Virus record (IMG/VR): IMGVR_UViG_3300029206_000002
Reading direction: 5' to 3' (one strand)
From: a virus
DNA: 64,000 nt
The notes beneath the pieces were generated by a model that searched no databases, was not told where the DNA came from, and saw nothing but the letters and a program-made list of their open reading frames with translations. This document shows, piece after piece, positions 41,883 through 52,982 of this stretch (position 1 is its first letter; the number at the start of each line of letters is the position of its first letter). Position numbers and translations under genes: made by a program.

Positions 41883-42201
41883 CGGTAAGAAATACGATTG
41901 TGGTAAAGTAAGAATGGATTTGATTCCATTAGATGTAGTTGAGAATATTGGTAAGGTACTTACTTATGGAGCTCAGAAATACTCAGATAATAGTTGGCAA
42001 AATCTTCCAGATTTTTGGAAAAGATATAAAGCAGCATTACTAAGACATCTTACTGCTATAGATAAAGGAGAATTAATAGATCCTGAAAGTGGACTACCTC
42101 ATATAGATCATGTACTTTGTAATACGGTATTCTTAGATTGGGGATTTCATCATGGTAAAGCGATTAGTATTAACACAAAAGATATTGAACAAGATAAATA
42201 A
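41866..42201 (+). CDS. dATP/dGTP pyrophosphohydrolase-like protein (N-terminal-domain family)
   Basis: KYDCGKVRMDLIP...GAQKYSDNSW...RHLTAIDKGELIDPESGLPHIDHVLCNTVFL recalled as the phage dATP/dGTP diphosphohydrolase N-domain signature. Lies next to dUTPase. Confidence 0.4.
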   Translation: MKMENDGKKYDCGKVRMDLIPLDVVENIGKVLTYGAQKYSDNSWQNLPDFWKRYKAALLRHLTAIDKGELIDPESGLPHIDHVLCNTVFLDWGFHHGKAISINTKDIEQDK

Positions 42202-42203
42202 TT

Positions 42204-42719
42204 ATGGAACAATTGAAATTTAAAAAGTTAGATTACTCAGTAAAGAAAGAAGACGGCACAGAAGAGATTAAAAAATCTGAAGGTAAGTTGCCTATTAGAG
42301 CTACTAGTAGCAGTGCGGGATTAGATCTATATACTACTCGTATTACTCAAGAAGTAGATAATAGTGGCAAGTTAGTACTAGTATATCACACTGATATTGC
42401 TGTAGAAATTCCTGAAGGATATGTTGGATTTATCTGTATGAAATCATCTATCTCTAAAAGATCTATTATTATGTGTAATGGTATTGGAGTGATTGATTCT
42501 GATTATCGTGGAGAGTTAATGGCTAAATTTAAAGTAACTACAGATGCTATTCCTACAGTATATACTACAGATGAACCATTTGCTCAGTTAGTCATTGTTC
42601 CTTGTTCTATATTAGAACCTACTTTGGTAGAAGAATTGAGTGAAACAGAAAGAGGAGAAAAAGGATTCGGAGAAGCTACAGCAGAACAAAATAATGAAAT
42701 TAAAGAAGTAAAAGAATAA
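42204..42719 (+). CDS. dut: dUTP diphosphatase (dUTPase)
   Basis: RATSSSAGLDLY (motif II) and GVIDSDYRGEL (motif III). Confidence 0.8.
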   Translation: MEQLKFKKLDYSVKKEDGTEEIKKSEGKLPIRATSSSAGLDLYTTRITQEVDNSGKLVLVYHTDIAVEIPEGYVGFICMKSSISKRSIIMCNGIGVIDSDYRGELMAKFKVTTDAIPTVYTTDEPFAQLVIVPCSILEPTLVEELSETERGEKGFGEATAEQNNEIKEVKE

Positions 42720-42721
42720 TT

Positions 42722-43039
42722 ATGGAAAATTTAAATATTACAATTACTCCAGTAAGTGCATCAGGGGTTGGAAGTTTTATAGAAGTGGTTATCGGTGATA
42801 GTAGATATAAGACCGATATTGTCCAAGGAGAATTCACAGAGGATGTAATGAAGGAGTTAATGAATAAATTAATCACTAATCAGATTCCTGCTGAACAACA
42901 AGAAGCGGTAGAATTGAAATTCTATCAACTATTAGACGCTATTACTAATACTAAAGCAGAAGAAGAATATAGAGCTCAGCATCCTGAAGAATTCATGCCA
43001 GAGAATTTTGAACCTAGTGTTGAAGAAGTAATTGAGTAA
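42722..43039 (+). CDS. hypothetical acidic protein
   Basis: 105-aa ORF. Confidence 0.45.
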   Translation: MENLNITITPVSASGVGSFIEVVIGDSRYKTDIVQGEFTEDVMKELMNKLITNQIPAEQQEAVELKFYQLLDAITNTKAEEEYRAQHPEEFMPENFEPSVEEVIE

Positions 43040-43041
43040 TT

Positions 43042-43383
43042 ATGAAGAAAGTTTTAATAAGTAATGAATGTTATCCTATTGAATTAGATAACAATTTGAA
43101 TCCAGCACCATTGGGGTCTAACAGCCTTCTTAGAAATGCATATTGTATAAAAGAAGAGAGCGAAGTATATATTAATGGTGAACATAAATATACAGCTAAA
43201 CCTGGAGATATAATAATCAGTTTTTATGGTATTGAAGATAGATACAATAAAACAGAATATTTTTTAGTACCGGGAAAATTATTTGAAGATTACTTTGTAA
43301 GACTAGAAAAATATGAAGCTAGTAAGCAAAGCGAAATTAATAACGAAGGATTATGCTGTGATTGTTGTGAACCCATACGATGA
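43042..43383 (+). CDS. hypothetical protein
   Basis: 113-aa ORF with C-terminal CCDCCEP. Confidence 0.45.
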   Translation: MKKVLISNECYPIELDNNLNPAPLGSNSLLRNAYCIKEESEVYINGEHKYTAKPGDIIISFYGIEDRYNKTEYFLVPGKLFEDYFVRLEKYEASKQSEINNEGLCCDCCEPIR

Positions 43384-43907
43384 AACTATTTGATATAAAC
43401 GGTGGTAAAGTAGTAATACACCCTGATGCTTTAGGTCTCCCGTTCTTTAAAAAGTTGTGGGAGGCTGATAAGCCAGATAAACAACAAGCTACAAATGTAA
43501 TAAGTTATATAGTACTTATGTGGTATTTTAAATCTCCATATGTACTTCAGCTAGAACCAGATATCAGAGAAAAGAAGCTTAAGTAGTTATACTTTGGTGA
43601 TGAGAATTATAATCTTACTGTAGAAGAAAAGTCTTGTGAAGATGATTATAAGAAGCTAATATATACTAGAAATCTAAGAATGCTTGATAGTATGAGAAAC
43701 AAAGTAGATACTATTAGTAAGTATTATGAAGATTCTCTAGAAGAGCAACTAGATGAAAAGAAGATTAAAGATCTATTAGCTGGTATGGAAAAAGTAAAAG
43801 CTACTTTTCAGACACTAGATTTCCTCGAAAAAGCAGTTAAAGCTGAAGAAGTTAGTACTACTAAAGTACGTGGAGATGCTCAGATTAATCCTTATGAATT
43901 AGCTTAA
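43380..43907 (+). CDS. first TAG-containing late gene (176 aa)
   Basis: Track ORFs 43380..43586 and 43680..43907 are in the same frame and joined by a single in-frame TAG at 43584; the gene ends in TAA. Confidence 0.5.
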
Positions 43908-43958
43908 TTTGTGCAAATTATACACAAGTTTATAACAATAAATTAATGAGTACGTTAT

Positions 43959-44198
43959 ATGAATATAAATAAAGAAACTATGAAGAAAGTACTTGATTTA
44001 ACAAAATGCAATAGCACTGAAGAAATTTGTGATGTGCTTGAAAAAGAAATTGATAACAAACGAAAAGCAGATGCTTATCTTAAAGAAGTCGGTGAATATT
44101 TGGTTGTAGAATATAAGAAAGAAGCAGTAGCTGAACCTAAGAAGAAAGGTATTATTAAGCGTACTATTCATTGGCTAAAGAGTTTGTTTAAGAAATAA
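43959..44198 (+). CDS. hypothetical protein
   Basis: 79-aa ORF. Confidence 0.4.
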   Translation: MNINKETMKKVLDLTKCNSTEEICDVLEKEIDNKRKADAYLKEVGEYLVVEYKKEAVAEPKKKGIIKRTIHWLKSLFKK

Positions 44199-44255
44199 TC
44201 TCGTTGAACTGATAGAGAGGTCTGACAGGGACAGACGTTAAATATTCCCTGGCAC

Positions 44256-44330
44256 TCTCCTGTGATGTAAAGGTAACATACTGAGCTCTAACCTCAGAAT
44301 TGTCCGTTCGAGTCGAGACCGGGAGGACCA
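44256..44330 (+). tRNA. amber suppressor tRNA (anticodon CUA, reads UAG); class-I, isotype unresolved
   Basis: Folded by hand: acceptor TCTCCTG/CGGGAGG (U1.G72 and U6.G67 wobbles), U8, D-arm ATGT-aaaGGta-ACAT, anticodon arm CTGAG-cTCTAac-CTCAG, 4-nt variable loop, T-arm GTCCG-TTCGAGT-CGAG(A)AC with a bulged A, discriminator A, CCA encoded. A terminator follows at 44386-44425. Confidence 0.75.
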
Positions 44331-44385
44331 ATTAAAAAAGCTGATTTATGGATAAAGTGTACACAACCAAAATCGCTTATGACTA

Positions 44386-44425
44386 GGGTTACAGAGTACA
44401 AAAAGACGGCTCTGTAACCCTTTTT
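44386..44425 (+). terminator. rho-independent terminator
   Basis: GGGTTACAGAG-13 nt-CTCTGTAACCC followed by TTTTT. Confidence 0.7.
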
Positions 44426-44515
44426 AATAAGCCTGTAAATAAAATTCTTCTTAAAAAGAAAAATAATAATAGAAACCTACTAGCGTTCCACATAAATGGA
44501 AGTCAATTAGTATAT

Positions 44516-45037
44516 GTGTCTAAACTTCAAGCTTACCAAAAATTTGGAGAAAAGGCTTTGAATGAAAATTGTTTTTATGTAGATGGAGATACTACTAATT
44601 GTTCTTTTGATAACATTGAATTAAAAAGTACGTATAAAAATTCTTTAGAATTAAAGAATGTATACAGATGTTCTAAATGTGGTAAAGAACTATCTGAAAA
44701 ATACTTTTATAAAACTGATTTAAAAAACAAAGCTATAAAAAATAGAATATGTATTTGTAAAAATTGCCTTAAAGAAAAAAGAAACAATACTCATGAATAC
44801 ATACAAAGATTTAAAGACAAATGCATATGCTGTGGAGAATCTGATGTAGCATGCTTAGATTTTCATCACTTAAATGATAAGTATGAATCTTTATCTCATA
44901 TGAATTCTCATTCTGCTGATACTATAAATAAAGAAATAAATAAATGCATTATATTGTGTGCTAACTGCCATAGAAAACTACACTACTATAAGTGTAATGT
45001 AGATGAATTAAAAACAAAAATACATGATAGACTTTAA
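44516..45037 (+). CDS. HNH homing-type endonuclease
   Basis: CxxC...DFHHLNDK...N...CANCH zinc-HNH arrangement. No in-frame TAG; the 3' end overlaps the TerL start. Confidence 0.65.
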   Translation: MSKLQAYQKFGEKALNENCFYVDGDTTNCSFDNIELKSTYKNSLELKNVYRCSKCGKELSEKYFYKTDLKNKAIKNRICICKNCLKEKRNNTHEYIQRFKDKCICCGESDVACLDFHHLNDKYESLSHMNSHSADTINKEINKCIILCANCHRKLHYYKCNVDELKTKIHDRL

Positions 45038-47084
45038 TAAAAAAATTAAAAATTCTGATAAATTTAGATAGCCAGCACTAGAATTTATTAAAACTGGAAA
45101 GTACTGTCAATATCCTGCTGGCTGTACTGAATATTACACATACTGGGACGAATAGAAAGATCGTTGCATTAATGGTTATACCGCAGAGGATGGAGATTAC
45201 ATCACTGGGTATAACTATTTTTATATCAATTTCTGTCCAATGCAACGTATAGTTAACACTGTTACTAAACTACCTAACGGAGAAACTAAAGTAAAAAGAG
45301 ATAGTGTAGTAACATTCCCTGATTTCTATGATTATGACTATTTCTACTTCTAGGCAGTACAAGAAGCAGAAGATAAAGGAAAACACATATGTTTACTTAA
45401 ATCACGCCGTAAAGGATATAGTTACAAAGGTGGAGCTATGGCATGTCGTAATTATTATTTGATACCTAATAGCAAAACATATATATATGCTTCTAATAAA
45501 CAGTATCTTACGGAAGATGGTATCCTTACTAAAGCTTGGGACTATATGGACTTTATAGATAAGAATACAGCTTGGGGTAAGAAACGATCTGTTAACAGTA
45601 CTATGCGTAAACGAGCTGGATTCTGGACTAAAGATGAATTTGGCAATGAAGTAGAAATGGGTTATAAATCAGAAATTATTGGCGTTACTTTGAAAGATAA
45701 TCCTGATGTAGTACGTGGTAAACGTGCCAAATTAATTCTATTTGAAGAAGGAGGTTCATTCTCAGAATTAGGTGCTGCGTGGCAAATTGCTAGACCATCT
45801 GTAGAACAAGACGGTGTAGCGTTTGGTACTATGATTGTATGGGGAACTGGTGGTGACGAAGGCTCTGCATTTGAAACTATGAAAGATATGTTCTATAATC
45901 CAGATGGATACAATTGTTTAGGATTTGAGAACATATGGGATAGTACACCTACAGATAAATTGTGTGGATTCTTTGTTCCATAGTATACTAATCTAGATAC
46001 TAGAGATGATGATGGTAATAGAATATACATGGATGATGATGGTAATACTATTACTAAACCTTCCCTTGAATTTATATTAGATGAACGTAGAAAGGTAATA
46101 AGTACAGCTACTAATACTACAGCTATAGACCGTTATGTTGCAGAGCGTCCTATTACTCCACAAGAAGCAATGCTAGAATTTAACGGTAATATATTTCCTA
46201 AGAAAGAATTACAGGAGCAATTAGGACTTATTCGTACTAATACTTAGTTATAGAATCATAAACAAGTAGGTGATTTAATATTTGATGAGTCTGGCAATAT
46301 CAAATGGATACCTAAGAAACATGGTGATGTTACCAAGTACCCACTTGGTAAAGACGATGATCCTACTGGCTCAATAGTTATATGGGAACATCCAGCTAAA
46401 GATGCAACAGCTGGATTATATATAATAGGTGTAGACCCTTATGATCATGACTAGTCTGGTACTAATTCATTAGGATCATCTATAGTATATAAGAGATTTT
46501 AGAACTTTGAAGAGTATTACGATATTATAGTAGCTGAATACACTGGTAGACCTGCAACAGCTGAAGAGTATTATGAGAATTTACGTAAGTTAGCATTATA
46601 CTACAATGCACGTATAATGTATGAAAATGAACGCAAAGGTCTATTCCCTTACTTTACTGCTAAACATTGCGATTACTTATTAGCTGATCAGCCTGATATT
46701 ATTAACGATATAGTTAGTAATTCTAAAGTACAAAGAAGAAAAGGTTGTCATATGAATAAGTAGATAAAACAATGGGGTGAAGGTATGATCAAAGAATGGT
46801 TAAATGAAGAGTATGCTCCAGGTAAGAAAAACCTAACTAGGATACTATCAGAGCCGCTATTAGAAGAGCTAATAAGCTATAATGATACAGGTAACTTTGA
46901 CCGAGTGATGGCGTTGATGTAGGTTATGATATATAGAGAACAACTGTATAATGTAGTTGTTAAAAAGAAAGAAAAAGAAAATAAATAGAAGATGCTCTTT
47001 GATGGACCAATTTTTGCGCAGAGTTGGTTCAATGACGATACTCCTAGAGTATTTTCTAATGACGATAATGTATATACATTTTAA
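45024..47084 (+). CDS. terminase large subunit (TerL), TAG read as sense
   Basis: One frame from ATG 45024 to TAA 47082 with about 9 in-frame TAG. Deviant Walker A LLKSRRKGYS, Walker B KLILFEEGG and coupling motif MIVWGTGGD. Nuclease-domain acidic motifs LYIIGVDPYDHD and IMYENERKG. Confidence 0.7.
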
Positions 47085-47086
47085 CT

Positions 47087-49612
47087 ATGAAGAATACTAA
47101 AAGTTTCCCTGCACAGAAACTACCAATGTCAAAGAAGACACAAGCCTGGAAAGAAGCCTGCGTAGACTATGTAGTAGGCGCTGGAGATTCAGGATTTGGT
47201 GGTAATGGTAGATCTAGATCTGACGAGATGTAGACTTACTATGATTTATATAATAGCATATATAATGAAAAGGATCTTAAATATGTAACCAATCCGTTTA
47301 AACAAGATGATGGATTTCCTGCTATGGCATAGGATTATAATATCATCAAACCATATGTAGATCAGTTACTTGGTGAAGAAACTAAGAGACCTTTTAATTT
47401 TCATCCACAACGTACAAGTGATATAGCTGCTAGTGAAATGTAGGAAAAGGCTAAAGAAATGTTAATGGATTATATTCAAGCTACTATAGCAAGTAAGTTA
47501 AGCCCAGAACAAGCAGCTAGATATGAACAAGCATTAGCTACAGGAGAAATCTAGACTCCAGAAGCTATAGCTAAGTATCTATAGAAAGATTATAAAGATA
47601 TAGCAGAAACTGAAGCTTATCATGCATTACAATTTCTAAAGAGAAAATTAAATCTTACTCATGAGTTTTATAAAGGTTGGAAAGACGCTTTAATAGGTGG
47701 AGAAGAAATATACTACATAGGTGTAATCAATGGAGATCCTTATGTAGAAAGAGTAAACCCTATGTATTTTGATTATGAGCATTCTTTAGACTTAGAATTC
47801 ATAGATGATGCAGCATGGTGTCGTAGAAAGATGATTATGTCTGCTACTGAGATATACGATAGATTCTATGATAAAATGTCTGAAAGACAACTAAATGAAT
47901 TATTAGAACTTATTGATCAAAGACCTGGAGCAGGTAATAATCCAGAGATAAGAAAGACTAGTATAGATTATGAATCTATTAAGCTACATAAGATTAATAG
48001 TTTTACAGATAATCCATTTGATATAGATCATATAGTAGTATATCATTGCTGTTGGAAATCTTTCAAAAAGATAGGATTTGTTACTTTACTAAACCCAGAA
48101 ACTGGAGAAGCTGAAGAATTTCAAGTAGATGAAGATTATAAAGTAACAGGTACTGAACAATCTGTAGAATGGGATTGGATTATTGAAGTATGGGAAGGAT
48201 ATAGAATCGGTGATGATATGTACATAGGGATCCAGCCTATTGAATATCAACATATATCTGCTGATAATCCTAATTCATAGAAATTACCTTACACTGGTGT
48301 AGTGTATAACAATACTAATAGTAAGCCTAGATCATTAGTAAGTATGATGAAACCATTACAGTATATGTATATTGTAGTATGGTATAGACTTGAATTAGCA
48401 TTATCTAGAGATAAAGGTAAAGTAGCAGTAATGGATATTACTTAGATACCTAAATCTATGAACATTGATGTTAATAAGTGGATGCATTACTTAAGTGCAC
48501 TAGGTGTAGCTTTTATTAATCCTTATGATGAAGGATGGGATATACCAGGACGTGAAGGAGGTAAACCATCTCAATTCAACTAGTTATCCTCTTGGGACTT
48601 AACTATGAGTAATGTAATAGCTGAGTATATTCAATTGATGCAGAAGATTGAAGATATGGTAGCTAAACTTACTGGTATTACTCCACAGAGACAAGGATAG
48701 ATTGCTGCTAGTGAATTAGTAAGTAACGCTAATACTGCTGTTAATATGTCTTATCATATTACTGAACCTTGGTTCTGGAATCATAATTAGGTGAAGAGAA
48801 GAGTATTAACAATGCTATTGAATACTTCTAAAGCAGCTTGGAAAGATAATAAGAGATACTTGAATTATATATTAGATGATGCTACCAGAGCATTTGTACA
48901 ATTATCTGATAATTTCTTCTATGAAGATATGGATATATTTGTAGATGATAGCACTAAGAATCAACAATATATAGATCAATTAAAGCAACTGTTACAACCT
49001 GCTATGTAGAATGGTGCTAGTCTATTAGATATTGCTGAAATCATTACTTTAGATAATATGAGTATAATTAAGAATAGACTTGAGGAAATTGAACAGAAAA
49101 GAATGGAACAAATGCAGCAACAGCAGCAAGCTGAACAACAAGCACAACAGCAAATGGCAGAACAACAGAATCAGCTTAAAGAAGAAGAACTTATGCTTAA
49201 GGAAGCTGAACTGGATCTTGAAAAATATAAAGTAGACCAAGACAGATATAAAGCAGAACAAGATAATGCTACTAAAATTACTGTAGCACAAATTAATTCT
49301 TATCGTGGTGCTGAGAATATGGATCAAGATATGAATGGAATTCCTGATCCAATTGAAATAGGAAAGCAAGCTCTAGAATAGCAGAAGATAAATTCTGATA
49401 TTGCTACTAAACAATTAGAACTTAACAATAAGCGTAGAGAAATAGAGCAGAAGAGAGAAGCTGAAAATAAGAAGATACAGCTTGAAAAAGATAGAATGAA
49501 GCATGAAACTGAATTACAACGTATGTCTGATAAAGCTGCTATGGATAGAGAGAAGCTAAAGGCAAAGACAGCTTTGAGAAATAAAGTAGTAGGCGAATCT
49601 AAATCTAAATAA
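47087..49612 (+). CDS. putative portal protein (~841 aa) with Q-rich coiled-coil C-terminus, TAG read as sense
   Basis: Single frame from ATG 47087 to TAA 49610, interrupted only by TAG. Position immediately after TerL and size fit a crAss-like portal. Confidence 0.5.
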
Positions 49613-49614
49613 CT

Positions 49615-50064
49615 ATGAACTGGTTTAAAGAAACATGGTGGTTAGTAAAACAATTATTTACTACTACTAAGAATAAAGATAAAGTATAGTATAAACATAT
49701 GGATCATTATCCTTTTAGTGGATACTCTGCCATGAGTTGGTGCGGGTATATTTTAACTAAAAAGAAAGAATCTAATATTAAAACTACTACTTGGAATCAC
49801 GAAAATATACATTTACAGTAGGCTAAGAATAAGGGTAGTTGGTTAAAGTATTATGCTGATTATGTATGGGAGTGGATCAAAGGCAATCCTATTACTTACC
49901 CAGCATCTTCTGCATACTATACAATACCTTATGAAATGGAAGCATACGCAAATGAAGATAAATCTGATTACGAAATTAATACGGATAAGTATAAAATAAA
50001 AAATCGTAAAAAGATCTATAGAGAGAATAAGAAAAATTGGTTTAACTATATTAAAAATTTATAA
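49615..50064 (+). CDS. hypothetical late protein (149 aa), TAG read as sense
   Basis: In-frame TAG at 2 positions; ends in TAA. Confidence 0.45.
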
Positions 50065-50131
50065 TTATGGCATGTGGTGGAAAGAAAAGTGGCAAGAAGT
50101 CATCTAAAAGTGGAAAGAAAAATAAATAACT

Positions 50132-51604
50132 ATGGAACGTGAAGCATTTAGATAGAGAATGCAACAGTATAAGTAGGCTAGGGAGAATAATCCCTAGCTG
50201 AAGTACTGGGATTGGAAAAAAGAAAATGATTTAGGCTACTAGCTATATAAAAATAATCTTCCAAGTAATCTACAAGTAGAAACAGATGATTATGATTTAT
50301 ATGGAGCTTATGAATCTAATATGCAGCCTGAACTAAATGAAGATGGTACTTATCATTTAGGTAGTAGAGATCCTTACACTGGTAGAATTCTAAAAAGTAA
50401 ATAGCATCCGACATATTAGAAGGCAATAGAATCTGAAATATCTGCTGGTTATTTTCCATATGAAAAGAATAATATTACATATACTAAAACTTATTCTCCT
50501 GTTGATATAAGCGGATATGCAGATGGTGGCATTATAGATGAAGATCCACCATAGAGTACTAGTGAAAGACCTATTACTAACTTTGACCCTAAAGGAGATC
50601 CATATAATCCTACATATGGATATAACCCAGGTGCAGGTTATGTTTCAAATTCAGATCCATTAGGTAGTTTATATGTAGAAGGAGCTTTACTTAATCCAGT
50701 ATTTAAATTAGCAGGTAATGCAGTATCTAATGTAGCTAGAGGATTAACTAAATACTCTTCTAAATATGTACCAGAAGTAAGAAGAACTGTGTAGGATAAA
50801 ATAAATAGTTTGTTCCGTAGAGAAGCTGAAGATAAAGCTCGTACATATAAATTATATGATGATGCTATAGAATCTAGAAATAGAATAATTGAAGATCTAT
50901 ATTCTAATCCAGCTTATATGGAAAGAGCTAGATAGATTTAGAATACATATGGCGATGATTACGCTAAAGTATATGAAGATATAATTAATTAGTATAATAC
51001 TAATTATTGGAATTTACCTAATCCTGTTATAAAACAGTTAGACGCTAAGGCTAAAATGTAGGCTAAAGATGCAGCTGTAAATAGGTATATTACTAGAAGA
51101 CAGCCAGCAGGATATGATGATTTTGAGTATTAGATAAATAGAAATCTTACAGAGATAGATTATCCTACTACTAGACACGAACTAGGACACTATGTAGATT
51201 TTAATTTAGCCAAAAGTTCAAATCCTGATTATAGCAACTCTATGTTTGCAGAGTTAAAAAGAGATTTATCAAAATAGAAGAATCCATTATTTCCAGATAA
51301 AACTGATTATTATAGTAAAGGTACAGAATAGAAGTCTTATATGAATACTCTTAGAGAGTATATGTTTAAGAATGGTATGATTAATAATATAGGAGATAAG
51401 GTAACTTCTAGATAGATTAAGAAAGCTATAAGATCATTACCTAAAGATATGAGATCTATTGAAGCTGCTTATCTTCAATTTGCTACACCTGGATAGTATA
51501 CAAAATGGTTTAACAAGATACCTTTACTTGGTACTTATCCAATAGTAAATAAACAATTTTAGAATTATGAAGAAGATAAAGATAAAGCCAGAGAATAGAG
51601 GTAA
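50132..51604 (+). CDS. late structural protein (~490 aa) with very high TAG density (19 in-frame TAG)
   Basis: Read codon by codon from ATG 50132 to TAA 51602; the only interruptions are TAG. Confidence 0.5.
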
Positions 51605-51761
51605 GTTCAATGCAACTAAAAAGAAAACAGGAAAGACAACCGAAGAACTAACTCACAGTAAGAATCCTGTAACAAGAAAGAGAGCAATATTCGCTTAGAA
51701 TGCTGCTAAATGGAATAAAGGTAAAAAGAAGAAAAAATAAATCTAATTAAATATTTTAATT

Positions 51762-52940
51762 ATGGATAAAAAAATGACATTAGGTGGATTTGAAGCTGTA
51801 CTAGATAGCTTTATCCCTAATCCAGATGGTGGTTTTAGAAATTCAAATATTGATGAAAACGTTAATGTCAATGCTGATGAATTTGAATCACTAGACGATG
51901 AAGAATTGGAAGATATTAAAAAGAACAATATCGAAGTAAAGAATAATAAAGAAAATCCAGTAGAGGAAGATACTGAGGAAGAAGAAATCGAAGAAGAAGA
52001 TATTGAAGATAAACCAAAACGTAAGCCTGGTAGACCTCGTAAAGAAGAAACTATTGAGGAAGAAACAGAAGAGGAAGAAGAGGTTGAAGATAATAATGAA
52101 GAAAACGTTGTTACTAACTTCTTTGATGCTATGGCTGAAAAACTCAATTGGGAATTTGAAGAAGGTGAAGACAAACCCAAGAATGTAGATGAGTTAATTA
52201 ATTACTTCCAAAATGTCATTGAAGAAAATAGTAAGCCTGAATACTCTAGTGAAGAAGTTGAAGCACTAGATAATTTCGTAAAACAAGGTGGAGATTTAAA
52301 GAAGTATTTGACTATTGATGCTGAATTAGATTTAGATGATATTGACATTGAAGATGAAACTAATCAGAAATTGGTAGTAAAACAACTACTTAAAGAGAAG
52401 GGATTCTCTACTAAGAAGATTGATAAGTTAGTAAGTAGATACGAAGAAGCTGGATTACTTGAAGATGAAGCACAAGACGCTTTAGAAGATCTTAAAGAGA
52501 TTAAAGAGGAAAAGAAGAAACAGCTATTAGAGGATCAGAAAAAGGCTTATCAGATATAGTTGCAGAGACAACAGCAATTCTACGATAACGTTGTTAGCGA
52601 AATAAAAGGCTTAAAGAATATACGTGGTATTACAGTCCCTGAAAAAGATAAAAAGGTTTTAATGGATTATATACTTAAGCCAGACACAGACGGTAAAACA
52701 AAGTACCAAAAGGACTATGCTAAGGGTGGTGTTAAGAATCTGATAGAATCAGCATACTTTACAATGAATGCTGACAAACTTATTGAGGCTGCTAAACGTG
52801 AAGGAAATAATTCAGCTATTGATAAGTTTAGACGAAGTTTAAAATCTAGTAGTATTACTACTAAATCTAGAAAACAAGCTACGGGTTCTGATGATGATCC
52901 AATTTGGTTCTCAGCTGCACGACAACTGCGTATATCATAA
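51762..52940 (+). CDS. acidic E-rich protein (393 aa), possible scaffold, one in-frame TAG
   Basis: Track ORFs 51762..52559 and 52560..52940 are in the same frame and joined by TAG at 52557. Lies immediately upstream of the putative MCP. Confidence 0.45.
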
Positions 52941-52982
52941 TAATTAATTATATAAATAAAAAAATTAAATTACTAGTATTTT

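Noticed and set aside
44203-44235. Hairpin GTCTG-acaggga-CAGAC resembling an anticodon arm upstream of the suppressor tRNA
   Set aside because: It has C at position 33, and no D-arm, T-arm or acceptor stem can be built around it. It is probably just a local stem-loop or leader structure.
44256-44330. Minus-strand reading of the suppressor tRNA locus as tRNA-Leu (anticodon UAG)
   Set aside because: Only the plus-strand orientation gives a GG-containing D-loop, a TTCGAGT T-loop, U8 and a paired acceptor stem ending in A-CCA. The minus-strand fold has no D-arm or T-arm.
49049-49369. 106-aa minus-strand ORF (Leu/Phe-rich)
   Set aside because: It is antisense to the CAA/CAG-rich C-terminus of the portal gene.
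51743-52180. 145-aa Ser-rich minus-strand ORF
   Set aside because: It is antisense to the GAA/GAG-rich acidic gene 51762-52940; the low-complexity mirror image is not a gene.
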